64,000 nt of DNA, taken from Piromyces finnis finn. Lineage: Eukaryota; Fungi; Neocallimastigomycota. Under the pieces are notes generated by a model, which was not told where the DNA came from, searched no databases, and worked only from the letters and a program-made list of their open reading frames with translations. Where the stretch lies: positions 62,001 to 126,000 of the forward strand of contig MCFH01000032.1 in assembly GCA_002104945.1 (NCBI GenBank), written 5' to 3'. A program made the position numbers and the translations under genes. Below are positions 39,801 to 52,982 of this stretch, piece after piece (the stretch's first letter is position 1; the number at the start of each line of letters is the position of its first letter).

Positions 39801-42338
39801 TATAAAAATTTATATATATATATTATTTATTTATAATTTTTATCCTTAAAATTTAATTGCCTATTATCAATGAAAACGAAATCTATTGCAAATTATAATT
39901 CATCACCATTCCACATTTGTTATTCTTACCTTTCCTTTAGAAATATATTTGTATGCATTGCTTTCTACGTTTTTATTGTTTCCATGATTGTATTAATTGG
40001 AAAGAGAATGATAAGTCATGTCAAGGAAATGAGAAATAGATGTATATCTTCTATTGAAAGCTTTTCCATCATTGATATAATCATACTTCATTATCGACTT
40101 TTTGTGGAAATAATAGTCTATGTCATATCAAGAATTAATCATGGGTTATTTGAATCCTTATTTTATGTCAAGAATTATTCCTACACAAAATTAAGTTTAA
40201 GTCAATGTCGTATGATTGAAAGAGATGTTTTCATTAACAAAAATCAAAAGAGTCAATGCCCAATCGCGGTTTTCAATACCACTCTTCAAATCATTAATAA
40301 TCTCCATTTTGCAACCAATGAAATTTCAAATGCTACCTGTGCCTATATTCTCTATACCACTGCCATTCAATTCTACATTAATTTCCATAATAAGCCATTT
40401 GGTAAGGCCATAGCCCTTCGTATATGGCGTAAAGGTAGTGAATATGTCGCCAAAACAAAGGAGGATGAGAAAGAAGAGTATGAAAGATCCCTTAAGCAAA
40501 GAAAAAAGTATGATGACTATAAAAAAAAGAGAAAGCTTAATATTGCGTGTGAAGCAGTTGCCTACATCATTAATTATATCAATGATAATCCCCGAATTAC
40601 CGAAGAGTTCTTTTCCAAGGGTCATTGGGTAAATTTCTTGGATGGAAATATGTTTGACCGTTGTTCCACACCCTACGATATATCCAATAAAAAATGTCTT
40701 TTAATTACTTTTTCCACCGCCTTCAAATACCATCATTTATTAAACACCTTTAAAAAGCATGGTCTCAAATATATCTATATGGCCCCCTCCATCAATCCGG
40801 AATCTGGAGACCAGACTGAACCTGAAACCGATTCTGATTCCGATAATAATTCTGTCAGCAGCAGCAGCAGCGGTACACCTTCAAAAGAAATGAACGAAAA
40901 GCAAATCAAAGAAAATGTTAAGAATAACTATCTTTCCCTCCCAAACTATTACCTTTCCCTTACCAATTATTACCTTCCATCCAGTAATATTATATCGTCG
41001 ATTGAAGCGCCGCTTCAAAGAATCATGGAAAAATTGATGACCGATAAAAAATCAAAAAAGAAAGAAAAGGAGCAAAATAGTGTACGAAAAATTGATAATA
41101 TTTTAAATGTTATTATCAAGGTAGCCGACAGTTCCCTGATGGTGAATGATATTAATTTGTATTGGTATACCCAAATTCTATGGATTATGGTCTCCTGGAA
41201 AAAAGAGTATTTTAAACCCGTGACATCTGACGCTATCATGAATAAGATCAATGCCCAACTCTTTTATGCCGATCAATTTAGAAAATTAATAATTTCTTCG
41301 GTGACGTCGTACTACCATGATGTAGTGGAAGACGATTCTAGAAATGGAATTCCAAAGTCTAAAGCCATTTACAGTGATGATCTCTACACCACCACCACCA
41401 CCACCACCACCATCTCAGAAGGTAAAGCAAAGGAAGAAGAAGAGGAAGAAAAGCGTGAAGAAGAGTATGTTTCTGAATTTAAAACAGAAACGATTCCTGC
41501 CACATCCGAAACAGACACTTCCAGTAGGGATAATGCCTCTGATGTAGATTTTGAATTAGGACAAGCGTATCAAGGATTAGCCAAGCGTTACTACAGTCAT
41601 CCAAATTATTCGACCGTTCATTTCCTTTCCGATTATACACGTCAATTTATTACACTATCCCTCTTTTCCTGGTTAATGGTTCAAAACAAAAAGTTTCAGA
41701 TTGCCAAGCGTAGTATTGATAAAGCGCATCAAATTTTAGAAAAAATCACCAGTTTTTCCATTTGTAAAGAAGATTTTTCATTTGCCAAATTATTTAAAGA
41801 AGAAAATGATTATTATCCCGATATTATGTTAAAATTTGAGAGAATTGTTGTTATTTTAGCCGGTACCTGGTTAGTCGAATCAGAAAAAATGATTATTAAT
41901 CATGAAAAGCAGCAACAACAGCAGCAACAACAAGAAGAAGAAATAAGGCAAGATTCTTCTCCATCCACCTTCCAATCATTATCTAATGACAACACTTGTT
42001 GTTGTTTTACGGAAAGCATCCGTGAAAGGGGTAATGATGACAAAGGGAAAGAAGAAGAAGAAGAAGAAGATAGGGAGAAGGAGGCATTAGTGGATGAAGT
42101 GATAACCTTGCCCAACCATCCAAAGGATACTAAAATGACGTCTACTACCTCTACGACGCTATCCAAAAAGACCTCTATTGTTGTACCTCCCAAACTTTCC
42201 GAAGGATTTATAAAATTAATTCGTTTTTATCAAGAAATGTTACCTTATATTGGATCGGATAGTATAGCAATAGAATGTTTCAAAACCATTCAACATTATC
42301 AAAATGATTATAAGAAATTATGTTTAGAATATTATTAA
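36821..42338 (+). CDS. SREBP: Sterol regulatory element-binding protein (SREBP/Sre1-like; bHLH-Zip, 2 TM, C-terminal regulatory domain), 2 exons (36821-39546, 39941-42338), ~1707 aa
   Basis: bHLH KKVAHNAIERRYRNNINDRIKQL carries the SREBP-diagnostic Tyr; KLNKATVLKSATDYIVHL follows. TM1 TMMASLLLFTVGLF, then a loop, then TM2 NIFVCIAFYVFIVSMIVLIG. A phase-2 intron (GA|GTATGT at 39547; TTTAG|A at 39940) joins the two ORFs in frame. Confidence 0.9.
39577..39726. repeat. Intronic 14-bp tandem repeat (11 copies) with alternating CTATAGTCAAAAAC / CTATAGGCATAAAT variants
   Basis: CTATAG occurs at exact 14-bp spacing: 39577, 39591, 39605, 39619, 39633, 39647, 39661, 39675, 39689, 39703, 39717. Confidence 0.92.
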
Positions 42339-43162
42339 GCACACCCATCCACCCAACCCATCTACACCCACACACCAAATTTAACAATGATAAAATGAAT
42401 CGTATTAAAAAAAAAAAAAATAACAACAATAAAAAAAAAAATATTTAAAAAAAAAAAATCTATATATTTTACTGTAGTATTTCTTTTAATTTTTTATTTT
42501 TTATATGTAACGTTTTTAGTTTTTTTTTTTTCCCTATTCCTATTTTATTTATTTATTATTTATATATACATATATATAGTTTTATTATTACTATTATTAT
42601 TATTATTTGTATGGATAAAAAGTTTTTTTTTTTTTTTTCTTCCTTCCCATTTTGTAAATATCAAATTCTCTTTATTATAAGAATAAAAAAAAATTACACT
42701 TTATAAAAAAAAAAAAAAGAGCCTAGTTCCTGGTCATCCATGATCCTTCTTGTGGTGTTAAATTTTCCTAGAAAATTTTTTAATCAAAGAAAAAAAAAAT
42801 TTAATATTTTCTATTCTTTATTTAATGTATTCTAATATATTGTTCAATTGAGTTTTTCATTTATTTAATATAATGATAATATATTAATTAAATTTTAATT
42901 TTTCATCAAAAAAGTTTAAAAAAAAAATTTTTTTTATTTTTTTTTTAATTTTTTTTTTATTTATAAAAAATTAATATTTTTTTTCTTTTTTTCTTTTTTT
43001 TTCTAAAAAAAATAAAAAATAAAAAAAAAAAATAAAAAAAACGTCAAATCCGTTAAATTGAAACTTTTTAAAAAAAAAAAAAAATCAATATTGCCTTTTT
43101 GTCTTTTTTTTTTTTTGTCTATCGCCTTTTTTTTATTAAAGAATTTTATCTTTTTTTTTAGT

Positions 43163-43194
<32 letters not shown>

Positions 43195-43617
43195 CACATT
43201 TTACAACAAATTTAATTTTTTAATTTTTTGAAAAATATAAAGTAAATATTTTTTTATTTTTTATTTTTTTTTTTTTTAAATTTTTCTATGTAAAATGGTT
43301 TGGTCATTGACTTTTAAAAAAAAAATTGACACAATTACACCTAAAGCAATATACAATATTTATGGATATTTATGGATATCTGTGGGATGAAATAAAAATT
43401 TAAAAATATTATTAAAATATCAAATATTAAACACGCATACCCATGGATAAACACACGAAACTTTATCCACACCACTAGAAATGGTTAAACTTAAAAGGGA
43501 TGAAAAAAAAAAAAAAAAAAAAATCATTTAAATAATATTTTATAATGGACGATTTATCAATAAAAATTCAAAAAAAAAATAAACACCATTTTTTACGTTT
43601 AATCAATAAAAGAATAC

Positions 43618-43656
<39 letters not shown>

Positions 43657-44036
43657 TTGTGAAAATACCCATAAAGGTTTTTTTAAAAAAGAAAAATGTT
43701 AAAGAAAAAAAAAAATTATAATTAAATTTTATATAGAAAAAACTTTAACCACTTTTTTTTTTATTTTTCAAAAATTTATAAGTATATAATACTAATGCAT
43801 TATTATTCTTATTTAATATATTATTATATTTTAGAAATTAAAGACCTTTTATTTTTTATCTTGGATATAGATTATTTAATTCAGTTTTGTCAATAATAAT
43901 TGTATTATTTTTTTTATTTTCCAAAGCAAACGAAATTTTAAAAAAAAAAAAAAAAACATTAAAATAAAGCAAAGAAAATTATCCCTTTTTTAAAAAAAAA
44001 AGAAAAAAGAAACATATAGAATAGTAATAATAAAAA

Positions 44037-45071
44037 ATGTTGACAGATCTTCAAAGTAAGTAAATAAAAAAAAATTTTTTTTTATAGAATTCAGTTTAAA
44101 CTACACTATAAATATTAAAAAAAAAAAGGTATCTAACCCCAAAATTTTATTATAATATTAAAAAGAAATTGGTGTTGGTTTAACTGCATTTGGTATCATA
44201 TTTATGATACTAGGTATACTTCTTTTTTTTGATGCTGGATTTATCGCTATTGGAAATGTAAATTATATATTATAGAATTATTTTATTTTTTATTATCAAG
44301 CTATTCTTTTAAACAAAAGGAAAATAGTTTGTACTAAAATCCGCCAATAATAAAAACTTGATAATTAATAAGCAAAAAAAATTTTTTTTTTTTTTTCCTT
44401 TTTTAAATATAGATATTATTCTTAGCAGGTATAACAACTGTTATTGGATTCCTAAGAACCATATTATTCTTTAAAAGAAAAAACAAAATATTCGGTACCG
44501 TCTGCTTCTTTACCGGTATCTTTTTAGTATTTTTAAAATGGTAAAATAAAAAAAAATTTTTTTTTTAAATATTTTAAAATGAAAATGTATAAAAATGTAT
44601 TAATTTATATCATCCATGCTATGTATTTGTATTTTATTTTAAATTCTAAAAATCGATAGGCCATTCATTGGTATAATTGTTGAACTCTTTGGTTTTGTTA
44701 ATCTCTTTGGGTAAGTTTGAATAATTATATAATATAATATACCTTTTTTATTTTTATCAAAATCATTTCAAAAAAAAAAAAAATAAAACTAAATTATTAA
44801 AATATTTTATGTTATATAGTGATTTCTTCCCAGTAATATTATCTACTATGAGAAACTTACCAATTATTGGTAATATATTAAATAAACCAGTGGTTAGAGA
44901 AGTATGTGTATAAAATGTTTTACCGAATCAAAAAAAAAAAAATTTAAAAAAATTAAAATATTAATTATAATATTATTATTATATATTCTATATATATCTA
45001 TATTTTTTATTATTATTTCATTATTTCATTAGATGACTGATAAACTTGTTGGAAAAAGACTTCCAGTTTAA
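44037..45071 (+). CDS. GOT1: Golgi transport protein Got1/GOLT1, 6 exons (44037-44055, 44166-44257, 44413-44540, 44660-44710, 44820-44901, 45033-45071), 136 aa
   Basis: Absent from the ORF track. Spliced product MLTDLQKIGVGLTAFGIIFMILGILLFFDAGFIAIGNILFLAG...KNKIFGTVCFFTGIFLVFLKWPFIGIIVELFGFVNLFGDFFPVILSTMRNLPIIGNILNKPVVREMTDKLVGKRLPV matches the Got1 family. All introns are GT-AG with consistent phases; total 411 nt. Confidence 0.95.
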
Positions 45072-46660
45072 TTTGTTTTTGTTTTTTTTTTTTACTATTC
45101 CATTTTACACATTTATATATCAAATAGAAAACTGTTGTTATTTTTTTTTTCAACAGTATAAAACATCAATAAATTATAGAAATCAGGAAAAAAAAAAAAA
45201 AGATGAGCTATAATATTTAAAAAAAAAAAAACTCCAAAATAATACTACAGAAATATTCAATATAAAATTCAGTAATAATAATATTAATAATTAATTATAT
45301 GAATTATTAAAAAAATTATATATATATATCCTTTTAAATAATCACAAGTTTACAATAAAAAATAAAAAAAAAAAAAAAAACATTTTCTTTTTTTATATTT
45401 GTATTTTTATTGCTATTATATATATATATATTTATTTTTTGTTTTTATTTTTTTTTTAGTTTTTTTTAAAAAAAAAAAGAAAGCGAGGGTAGTAACATAC
45501 ATACATTTATAAATTGAAAATTACTTTTTTTTTTTTTTTTCTTTTTCTATAATGAAGATGAACTAATAAAAAAAAAAGAAATTTTAAACCTTTTAAAAAA
45601 AGGTTTGTTATTGTGGATTATTAAAAAAAAAAAAAAAAAAAAAAAGCATCATTTAAATTTCATTTTCCTAATAAAATAATAGATTATAAAAAAAAAAAAA
45701 AAAAAAAAAGAGTAAGACATGTTAAATACACCATTATTTATTTTATTATTATTTATTTATTTCATTCTTTCTTTTCACCGATCAAGAAATTATAAAATAA
45801 ATAATTGAATAAAGGAAGAAAAAAAGAAAAAGTTTTTTTTTTTATATATAAATAAATAAATAAATAAATAAATAATGACCCTAACTAATAAATCGCCACC
45901 ACTGCCATGAATTCATTTTTTTTAAAAAAGTTTAAAAATGAAGTTTATTTTTTAACCTTTTTTTTTTCTCTGTTATTTTTTTAAAAATAAAAAAAAAATA
46001 AGATTTTCTTGTGGATTAACCATAAAAGAAAAAAAAAACTTTCTACGATTATTATTATTTATGATCATATGCCTTTTTTTTTTTTTATTATTATTATTAT
46101 TATCATTGATATTGATATATTGATGATAAATATTGAATATTTGGTATTTTCTAATAAAGAATAAATATATATATATTTTTTAATCTTTATCTATTAAAAG
46201 GATGTTAATAAAAATAAAACTGCAGACAATTTTTCTTTTTTTTTTCAAAAAAAAAATATTTTATTTTATATTATTTTTATTTTTTCTATTTTATTTAGTT
46301 TCTTGTTTTTTTATTTTATTTTTTGTTTTTTTGTTTTTTTTTTTTTTTAGTTTGTTTGTTTGTTTTGTTTATTATCGATTTTGATTTTAAAATTAGAGTT
46401 GTTATTTTATTTATTATTTAAAAAGTTTATTTAATTATTTATTCTTTTTTTATTCATTCATTTTATTCCCTAGTTTTTTTTTTTTTTTTTTTTTTTTTTA
46501 ATAAAAGAACAAGTTAAAAGAAAAAATAAACATGGAAAAGTTTTAAAAATTTAAAATAATAAAATTTAAATTTTAAAAATTCTAAATGAATTTAAAAAAA
46601 AAATAATTTTTATTTTTTTTTTTAATCTTAAAAGAATTTTTTTTGTGGTATGATAATAGC

Positions 46661-46696
<36 letters not shown>

Positions 46697-46965
46697 GAAA
46701 AGAAAAGAAAAGAAAAAAGAGAAATATATTTTAAAAAAAATTACATATTTATTAATAATTATTATTATTTTATTTAAAAAAAAATAAAATAAAATGTAAA
46801 AAAAAAAACTATTAAATAACTTTGAAAATAGATTAGGAAATTTAAAATTTTAATTATAATAAAAGAAAAAAAATAGAGTTAAATTTTTTAAAAATTCTTT
46901 CTATTTTAAAAATTTTATTTAATATCGAAAAACTAGTTTCTTTACCTCGTAAATTATTATTATTC

Positions 46966-47014
<49 letters not shown>

Positions 47015-47122
47015 TTTATAAACTATAGAGATTAATAAGAAATATTATTATAATATAATAATTTTTTTTTTTTCTTAATTATTTTGTAAATTTTAATTTA
47101 TTTAGTTTCTCGATATACACAT

Positions 47123-47165
<43 letters not shown>

Positions 47166-47345
47166 TTCCAAAATAAACTACCTTTATATACAATAAATAA
47201 TTTGTTAATCTATTCTTTATTTATTATAGATAAATCATTTTTCAATTTCAATATACTTAGACTAAAATATAATCTTTTGTAAAGAACAAAAAAAAAAAAA
47301 AAAAAACGAAGATTTTTTTTTTTTAAAGAGCAAAATAAAGATTAA

Positions 47346-50140
47346 ATGAAATTATCCACCAAAAATATTATTTCAGTTGCCATTGCATTGGCAACTACAT
47401 TAAATGTTCATGCTCGTCCAACTGTCGGATTAAAGGGAGTCGATAAGCTTATTCATTCAGAACAAGTAAGTTTTTTTTTATTATTACTATTATTATTATT
47501 ATTAATTTTTATAAAAAAAATATATATATATATAAATATATATAATAAAAGATGAAGATATTTAATTATATAATAATAATAATTTAATTTTTATATTATA
47601 TTCTTTTATTCTTTTTCACATTATTTTATTTTTATTTAAAAAAAAAAAGGAAAAAGTTAACCATAAAGTTAGAGAAGAATTTATTGGATTAGAAGAACAA
47701 GAAAAAGTAATTGATTTTACACCTTATGCACCACTTTTTGATTTAGTTTGTCAATCAGATTTAACAGATTGGTGTAATTTATACCCAGAACAATGTTCCT
47801 ATGTTAAAAGTAATTTTTTTTTTTTTTTTACTTTCTTTTGTTACTTTTTTATTTATGACTTACAATAATAATAATAGTAATAATAATAATTTATAAACCT
47901 TTATTTTTGAAAAAAAAAAATTTTTTTCCGATAATTATAAAACTAATCTCTTTCTTTTCTTTAAAAATGTATATTTATATGTACATTCTCATATAATTTA
48001 TATTTATATATAAAATTATAAAAAAAAAAATCACTTTTGTCTTTTTTTTTTATTATAAATTTCAATAACTATAATACTTACAAATAATAATAATAATCAA
48101 TTACATTATATATCAATTTACCTATTATAATTCTCAATCTAATTAAAAAAAAATGCATTTATCTAAATCTTCCTACCTATACACACACACACACATACAC
48201 ACACACCTCTATACGCATTAACACTACATAAAAATAACTATTCAATATTATTAAAAACTTTTTTTTTTTCATTATGATTCAACATTTTTTAATTAATTAT
48301 CCTACACTTTCATCCTACACTTTTTAAATATTGATGTTTTTTCTTTTTTTTTTTTTTTTTTACTTCTATCTTTTTTAATAATAATAATTAAAAAAAAATT
48401 TTTTATCTAGCTCTTTGTGTTAAAAATGAAAATGATGGCTATTGTGCTTTCGACGTCTACCAAAATTACATTAAACATAGTAATAGCATTGTCAATAATA
48501 TTTATGGTTATATTGATCTTTGTGATGATTGTTTAATTGAAATGGCAAATGAATTCCAAAAAGTTAGCCAGGATGAAGAAATCAAGAATGAAATGAAAAC
48601 TTTTTCAGAAATGTGTAGAGTAAAACTTTTTATGGATTCATATTTAAAGGAAAATCAACATAATGAAGAAGCCATTATTTCTTCTATTGCTTCCTTTGTT
48701 CCATTAGATAGAGCTAAATTAAAAAGAAATGTTGGTAAAATTCATTCCTTTAAAAATCCTGATGCTGGAGGTTTCTTAAAATCCAATGGTAAAATAAAGT
48801 ATGGTCATGTAGGTATAAACGAAAAGATCAATACCTTTATTAATTATAATAAGGAAAGAAGTACTCAAGCTCATAAAAGACAAGAAAATGAAGCAGAAGG
48901 TGGAGTAGTAAATGATGACTTTACCTTATTTAACGCTTTTGCCACCAAAATTTCTACTGCTCTTACCGATATTAAGGAATTAGCCCTTCAAAAAGTCAGT
49001 ACTATTTTTGACAACCTTGAATTTAGTATAAATAGTGTCTTTGAAGAAAAAGAAGAAAGAGTTATCTACGTTTATAATCCAGAAATGATAAAAGAGGAAG
49101 AAGAAGATGACAACGTCATCACTTCTGAATTTCTCAGTGATATTAAAAATATTTTAAATAGTCATGTTGCTTCGGATGATGATAAAGAAGAAGAAGAAAC
49201 TACCCTTGCTATGACCGCCGCCACCACTACTCAAGAACCAACAATGATTGTTGAAGATAATAATACCTTTGATGACAATGATGATAATAACGATGAAATA
49301 CCTACAGAACCTATCGATGATATCTTTCAAATAAACGAAAATCCATCCACCGAAAAGAAATCCAAATTTATTGAAATTTTCCATATTCCTCCAGAAGTAA
49401 AAGAGGAGAATGTTATGGGTATAGCTGCTCTTCCAAATCCAACCGAAACTGAATCCATCGCTGAACCAACCGAAATTCCATCTTCTACCGTTGAACAAGA
49501 AATTCCAACTGAAGAAAGTGGTACTGAAGGTGATGATGAACTCGATGAAGATAAGGAAGATGAAACTGCTCCTCATCAACATGGACATGTTTTTGTTGCC
49601 GGTCCACCAAACGGAAAAAAACCAATAAATAAACCAGAATTCCCAATCTTTAATCCAGGAAAATTTAATCGTCCAAATAAAGGTTGGAAGGTGAAAGGAA
49701 TTCAACAACAAAATAAACATCAATTTTTCGGCGGTAATAGTGAAAAGCCAACCATTCTTCAAACCATTAATAAGATTTTTGAAGAAAATAAATTTAGTAA
49801 ACCTTCCACACCAAATGACCCTTCCGATTTATATATGCCATTTAAGAAATGGGTGAAAAAGAATGAATATGTTGTAAGTAAAAAGGAAGAAGAAGTTGAA
49901 ATTGTCGAAGAAGTCAACATCCATGATAACACTTCAATGGAAGAAAAAAATACTTTTTCTGATATTGATCTTGAAGAAGGAAAATCTATTAAATTAAATA
50001 AACCAGATCATAGAAATAATGATGATGATGATGAAGAAGCGATACAAATAGGAACTAAAAAGATTTCTTTTATTAATAGTGTTCATCCAACAAAACCTTC
50101 CTTAAACTTTAGAAATCATAAAGGAAAAGATACTCATTAA
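47346..50140 (+). CDS. Putative secreted protein with N-terminal Cys-rich domain and long acidic low-complexity tail, 3 exons (47346-47465, 47650-47809, 48411-50140), 669 aa
   Basis: Signal-peptide-like start MKLSTKNIISVAIALATTLNVHA. Canonical donors (CAA|GTAAGT, AAA A|GTAATT) and acceptors give an in-frame join to ORF 48542-50140. Cys cluster LVCQSDLTDWCNLYPEQCSYVKTLCVKNENDGYCAF...LCDDCL. Confidence 0.8.
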
Positions 50141-50639
50141 ATCAAAAAAAAATTATATATATATAGCATAAAATAATCTTTTTTCTTTTTTTTTAAAATC
50201 AATCAAAAGAAACATTTTTTTTTATTTTTATTTTTATATCACCCTCCAATGTAATATATTTATATATTTATTTTAATATATAAGAAGAAAATAATGATAA
50301 AAAAAAAAAAAAAAAAAGCTTTTTTTTTTTTATGTAAATAAATTAATTTAAATTTCTTTTTTTTTTTTTTTAACTTTATAAAATAAATAAAAAATAAAAA
50401 AATAATTTTTTTTTTTTGTGTGTGCATGTTTGTGTGTGCCACTTTCTAGTTTCCTTTTCATATGTAGAAATTTCACCAAAAAAAAGTCATCCTTTTTTTT
50501 TTTTAGGCTAGGAAGAGAATACATTTCTTGTAGTTATTCATTTAAATTTTGATACTATATTATATTAGGTAATAATACATATTGGTATAATAAATTAAAA
50601 TAAGAAAATATATATAAATAGTAAATAAAATAAAATAAT

Positions 50640-51098
50640 CAAGTTACGTGGGATTGGTCCCTCTTTACCTAATAAATTAAATAAAATAAGTAACATCAGG
50701 TAGGACTTTTTTGCAACTTAAATAATTATTTTATATTATTTTATATTACAGTAGGATAGGCGATTTAAATTAAGGTATTTGTTTGTTAGTACACATCTGA
50801 GAACTTTTACTTCCATTATTTAGGCTAACTAATTATTCCAATAATGTTCTCTAGTTTTTTTTTTTTTTTTTTTTTTAATATAAATTTTCATAAGTTTCTT
50901 ATATGGTAGTGAACAAGATTCTTTGGCCCTAAAATATGGAAGGAATAAGTCGGACGAGATCTTTTATAATACAGTTTGATTCTCTCCATTTAATAAAGCA
51001 TTTCACTTGTTGTAATGCAGCACAAATACCTAATACCTGAAAGGGTTGGAATTCTCAAATCTCTTGTAAGAAGCATACAAACGAATAAAATGAATTTC

Positions 51099-51137
<39 letters not shown>

Positions 51138-51250
51138 TATTATTTAGATTTTTATTGTGAAAGCTATTTGACACTTCATAAAACAACAATATTGATAAGC
51201 GATTAGACTCTACAAATTCTATTCCTATTGGGATTAAGTAATGGAGCATA
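50640..51250 (-). mobile_element. Decayed LINE ORF2 relic (post-RT C-terminal region)
   Basis: The minus strand translates, with stops, to YAPLLNPNRNRICRV*SLIN...RNSFYSF...GICAALQQVKCFIKWRESNCIIKDLVRLIP...HYWNN. This resembles the fungal LINE C-terminal block YYAPLLGSNK...RNSF.SLY....IPP..GICA..Q..CF.KWK.S.CII..L...IP (recalled). Confidence 0.6.
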
Positions 51251-52053
51251 GTTAAAAAAAAAAAAAACTTTACTTAAAATATAGGAATGAACGAAAAAAA
51301 AAAAAAATGAAAAATGAACTCAACAACAAAACACTGAATTATTTTACTAAAAAAAAAAAAAAAAAAAAAAAGGCATTTGTTTGTTTTTTAGAGTTCAAAT
51401 ACGAATTTCATGAAAAATTTTTTATTATATTATTTTTATAGATTATTATTATTATTTTCTTATATCTTAATAATGTGGATGATGAATATATAATGTGTGT
51501 GTAATGTATGTGTTATTCGAGGTAAAATGCGTTATATATATATTTTTGATTTAATAAAGAATAATCCTAGAAAGAGTAGTGAGGGATAATCGGTAATTTT
51601 TTTTTTTTTTTTTTTTAAATTATATTTTATGATGTTTTTTTTTTTGTTCTGTTTTTTTTGTTTTTTGTTTTTTTGTTTGTTTTTTAATATTATTACTGTC
51701 TTTTTTTTTATATTGATTATTTTTTGATTTGTTTTGGATTTTCCTGATTCTTTTTCTATTCATTATTATTTTCGATAAATTAATAGTAGAACTGTTTGCT
51801 ATTATTGCTGTGAGTGACCATTCGTTACACTTATATATATAACAGTAGATTATTTGGGATAAAGATGAATTTAATATGGTATATAATAGTCTTTTTTTTT
51901 TTAAAAAAAAAAAAAAAGTTTCATTTTCTAATTTTGTGTGTGTTGAGACTGAACCTGAATTAGCGGATATATTATTAAAAAAAATATATCATTGGATTTT
52001 AATTTAATTCTCTTTTCTTCTTCTTCTTCTTCTTCTCCTTTTTGTTGTTTTTT

Positions 52054-52093
<40 letters not shown>

Positions 52094-52250
52094 CTAAATC
52101 TGTCATGTATCTAATAGGAATATATATATTATATTATAAATACTTTTTGTAAACTTTTTATATATATTTTTGTTATATAAAGTTTTTTTTATTTTTAAAA
52201 AAAAAAAAAAAAAGATAATACTATTTAAATTATTATTATCATTATTACTA

Positions 52251-52297
<47 letters not shown>

Positions 52298-52982
52298 TTT
52301 AACAAAGTAAATAAATGGAATAAAAATAAATCGAATTAAAATAATTATCATTATAAAAACTTTAAAATAGTATATATATTTCTCTTTAAAAAAGTACAAT
52401 AATAATAATATATATTCATAGAAACGATTTCAATATTTTTGATTAACCAAAACTTTTTTTTGTTGTTATTTATTCTCTTCTCGATATATAGAATGAAAAA
52501 TATATCACATAATCCTTATTTGGCTTCTGAAATCTTTTTTTAAATATACTAATGTACTTGAAGAAGAATAATTAATTCGTATTATTATTGTTGTTGTTTT
52601 ATTTTATTATTGTTATTTTTTTTTTTTTTTTTTGGTATTATTATTGCTTGTTTTTAAAATTATGTTGACTTTTATATAAATATATATTTAATGCAACTTT
52701 ATATTACTTTTAAAATGATAGCCAAGGATATTTTTTTTAAAAACTTGTCGATATTATTTAATGGTATGAAATATCTTTTTTTTTTTTTTTTCGATCTTTT
52801 ATTGATTAGAATAATTAACATTTTAAAAACTTGGCTTTTACTTTGTTCTTTCTCTTTTTTTTTTTTTTTTTTACTTTTTTTTTTTTGTAATAAATATGAA
52901 AAAGTGATTATGGATGCTTACATATGTTTATTTTTTTTATTTATTTATTTTCAAGTTGGCTTCATTATTGCTATAATTAACG

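Noticed and set aside
49154-49762. 202-aa antisense ORF
   Set aside because: It is the antisense shadow of the acidic secreted-protein exon.
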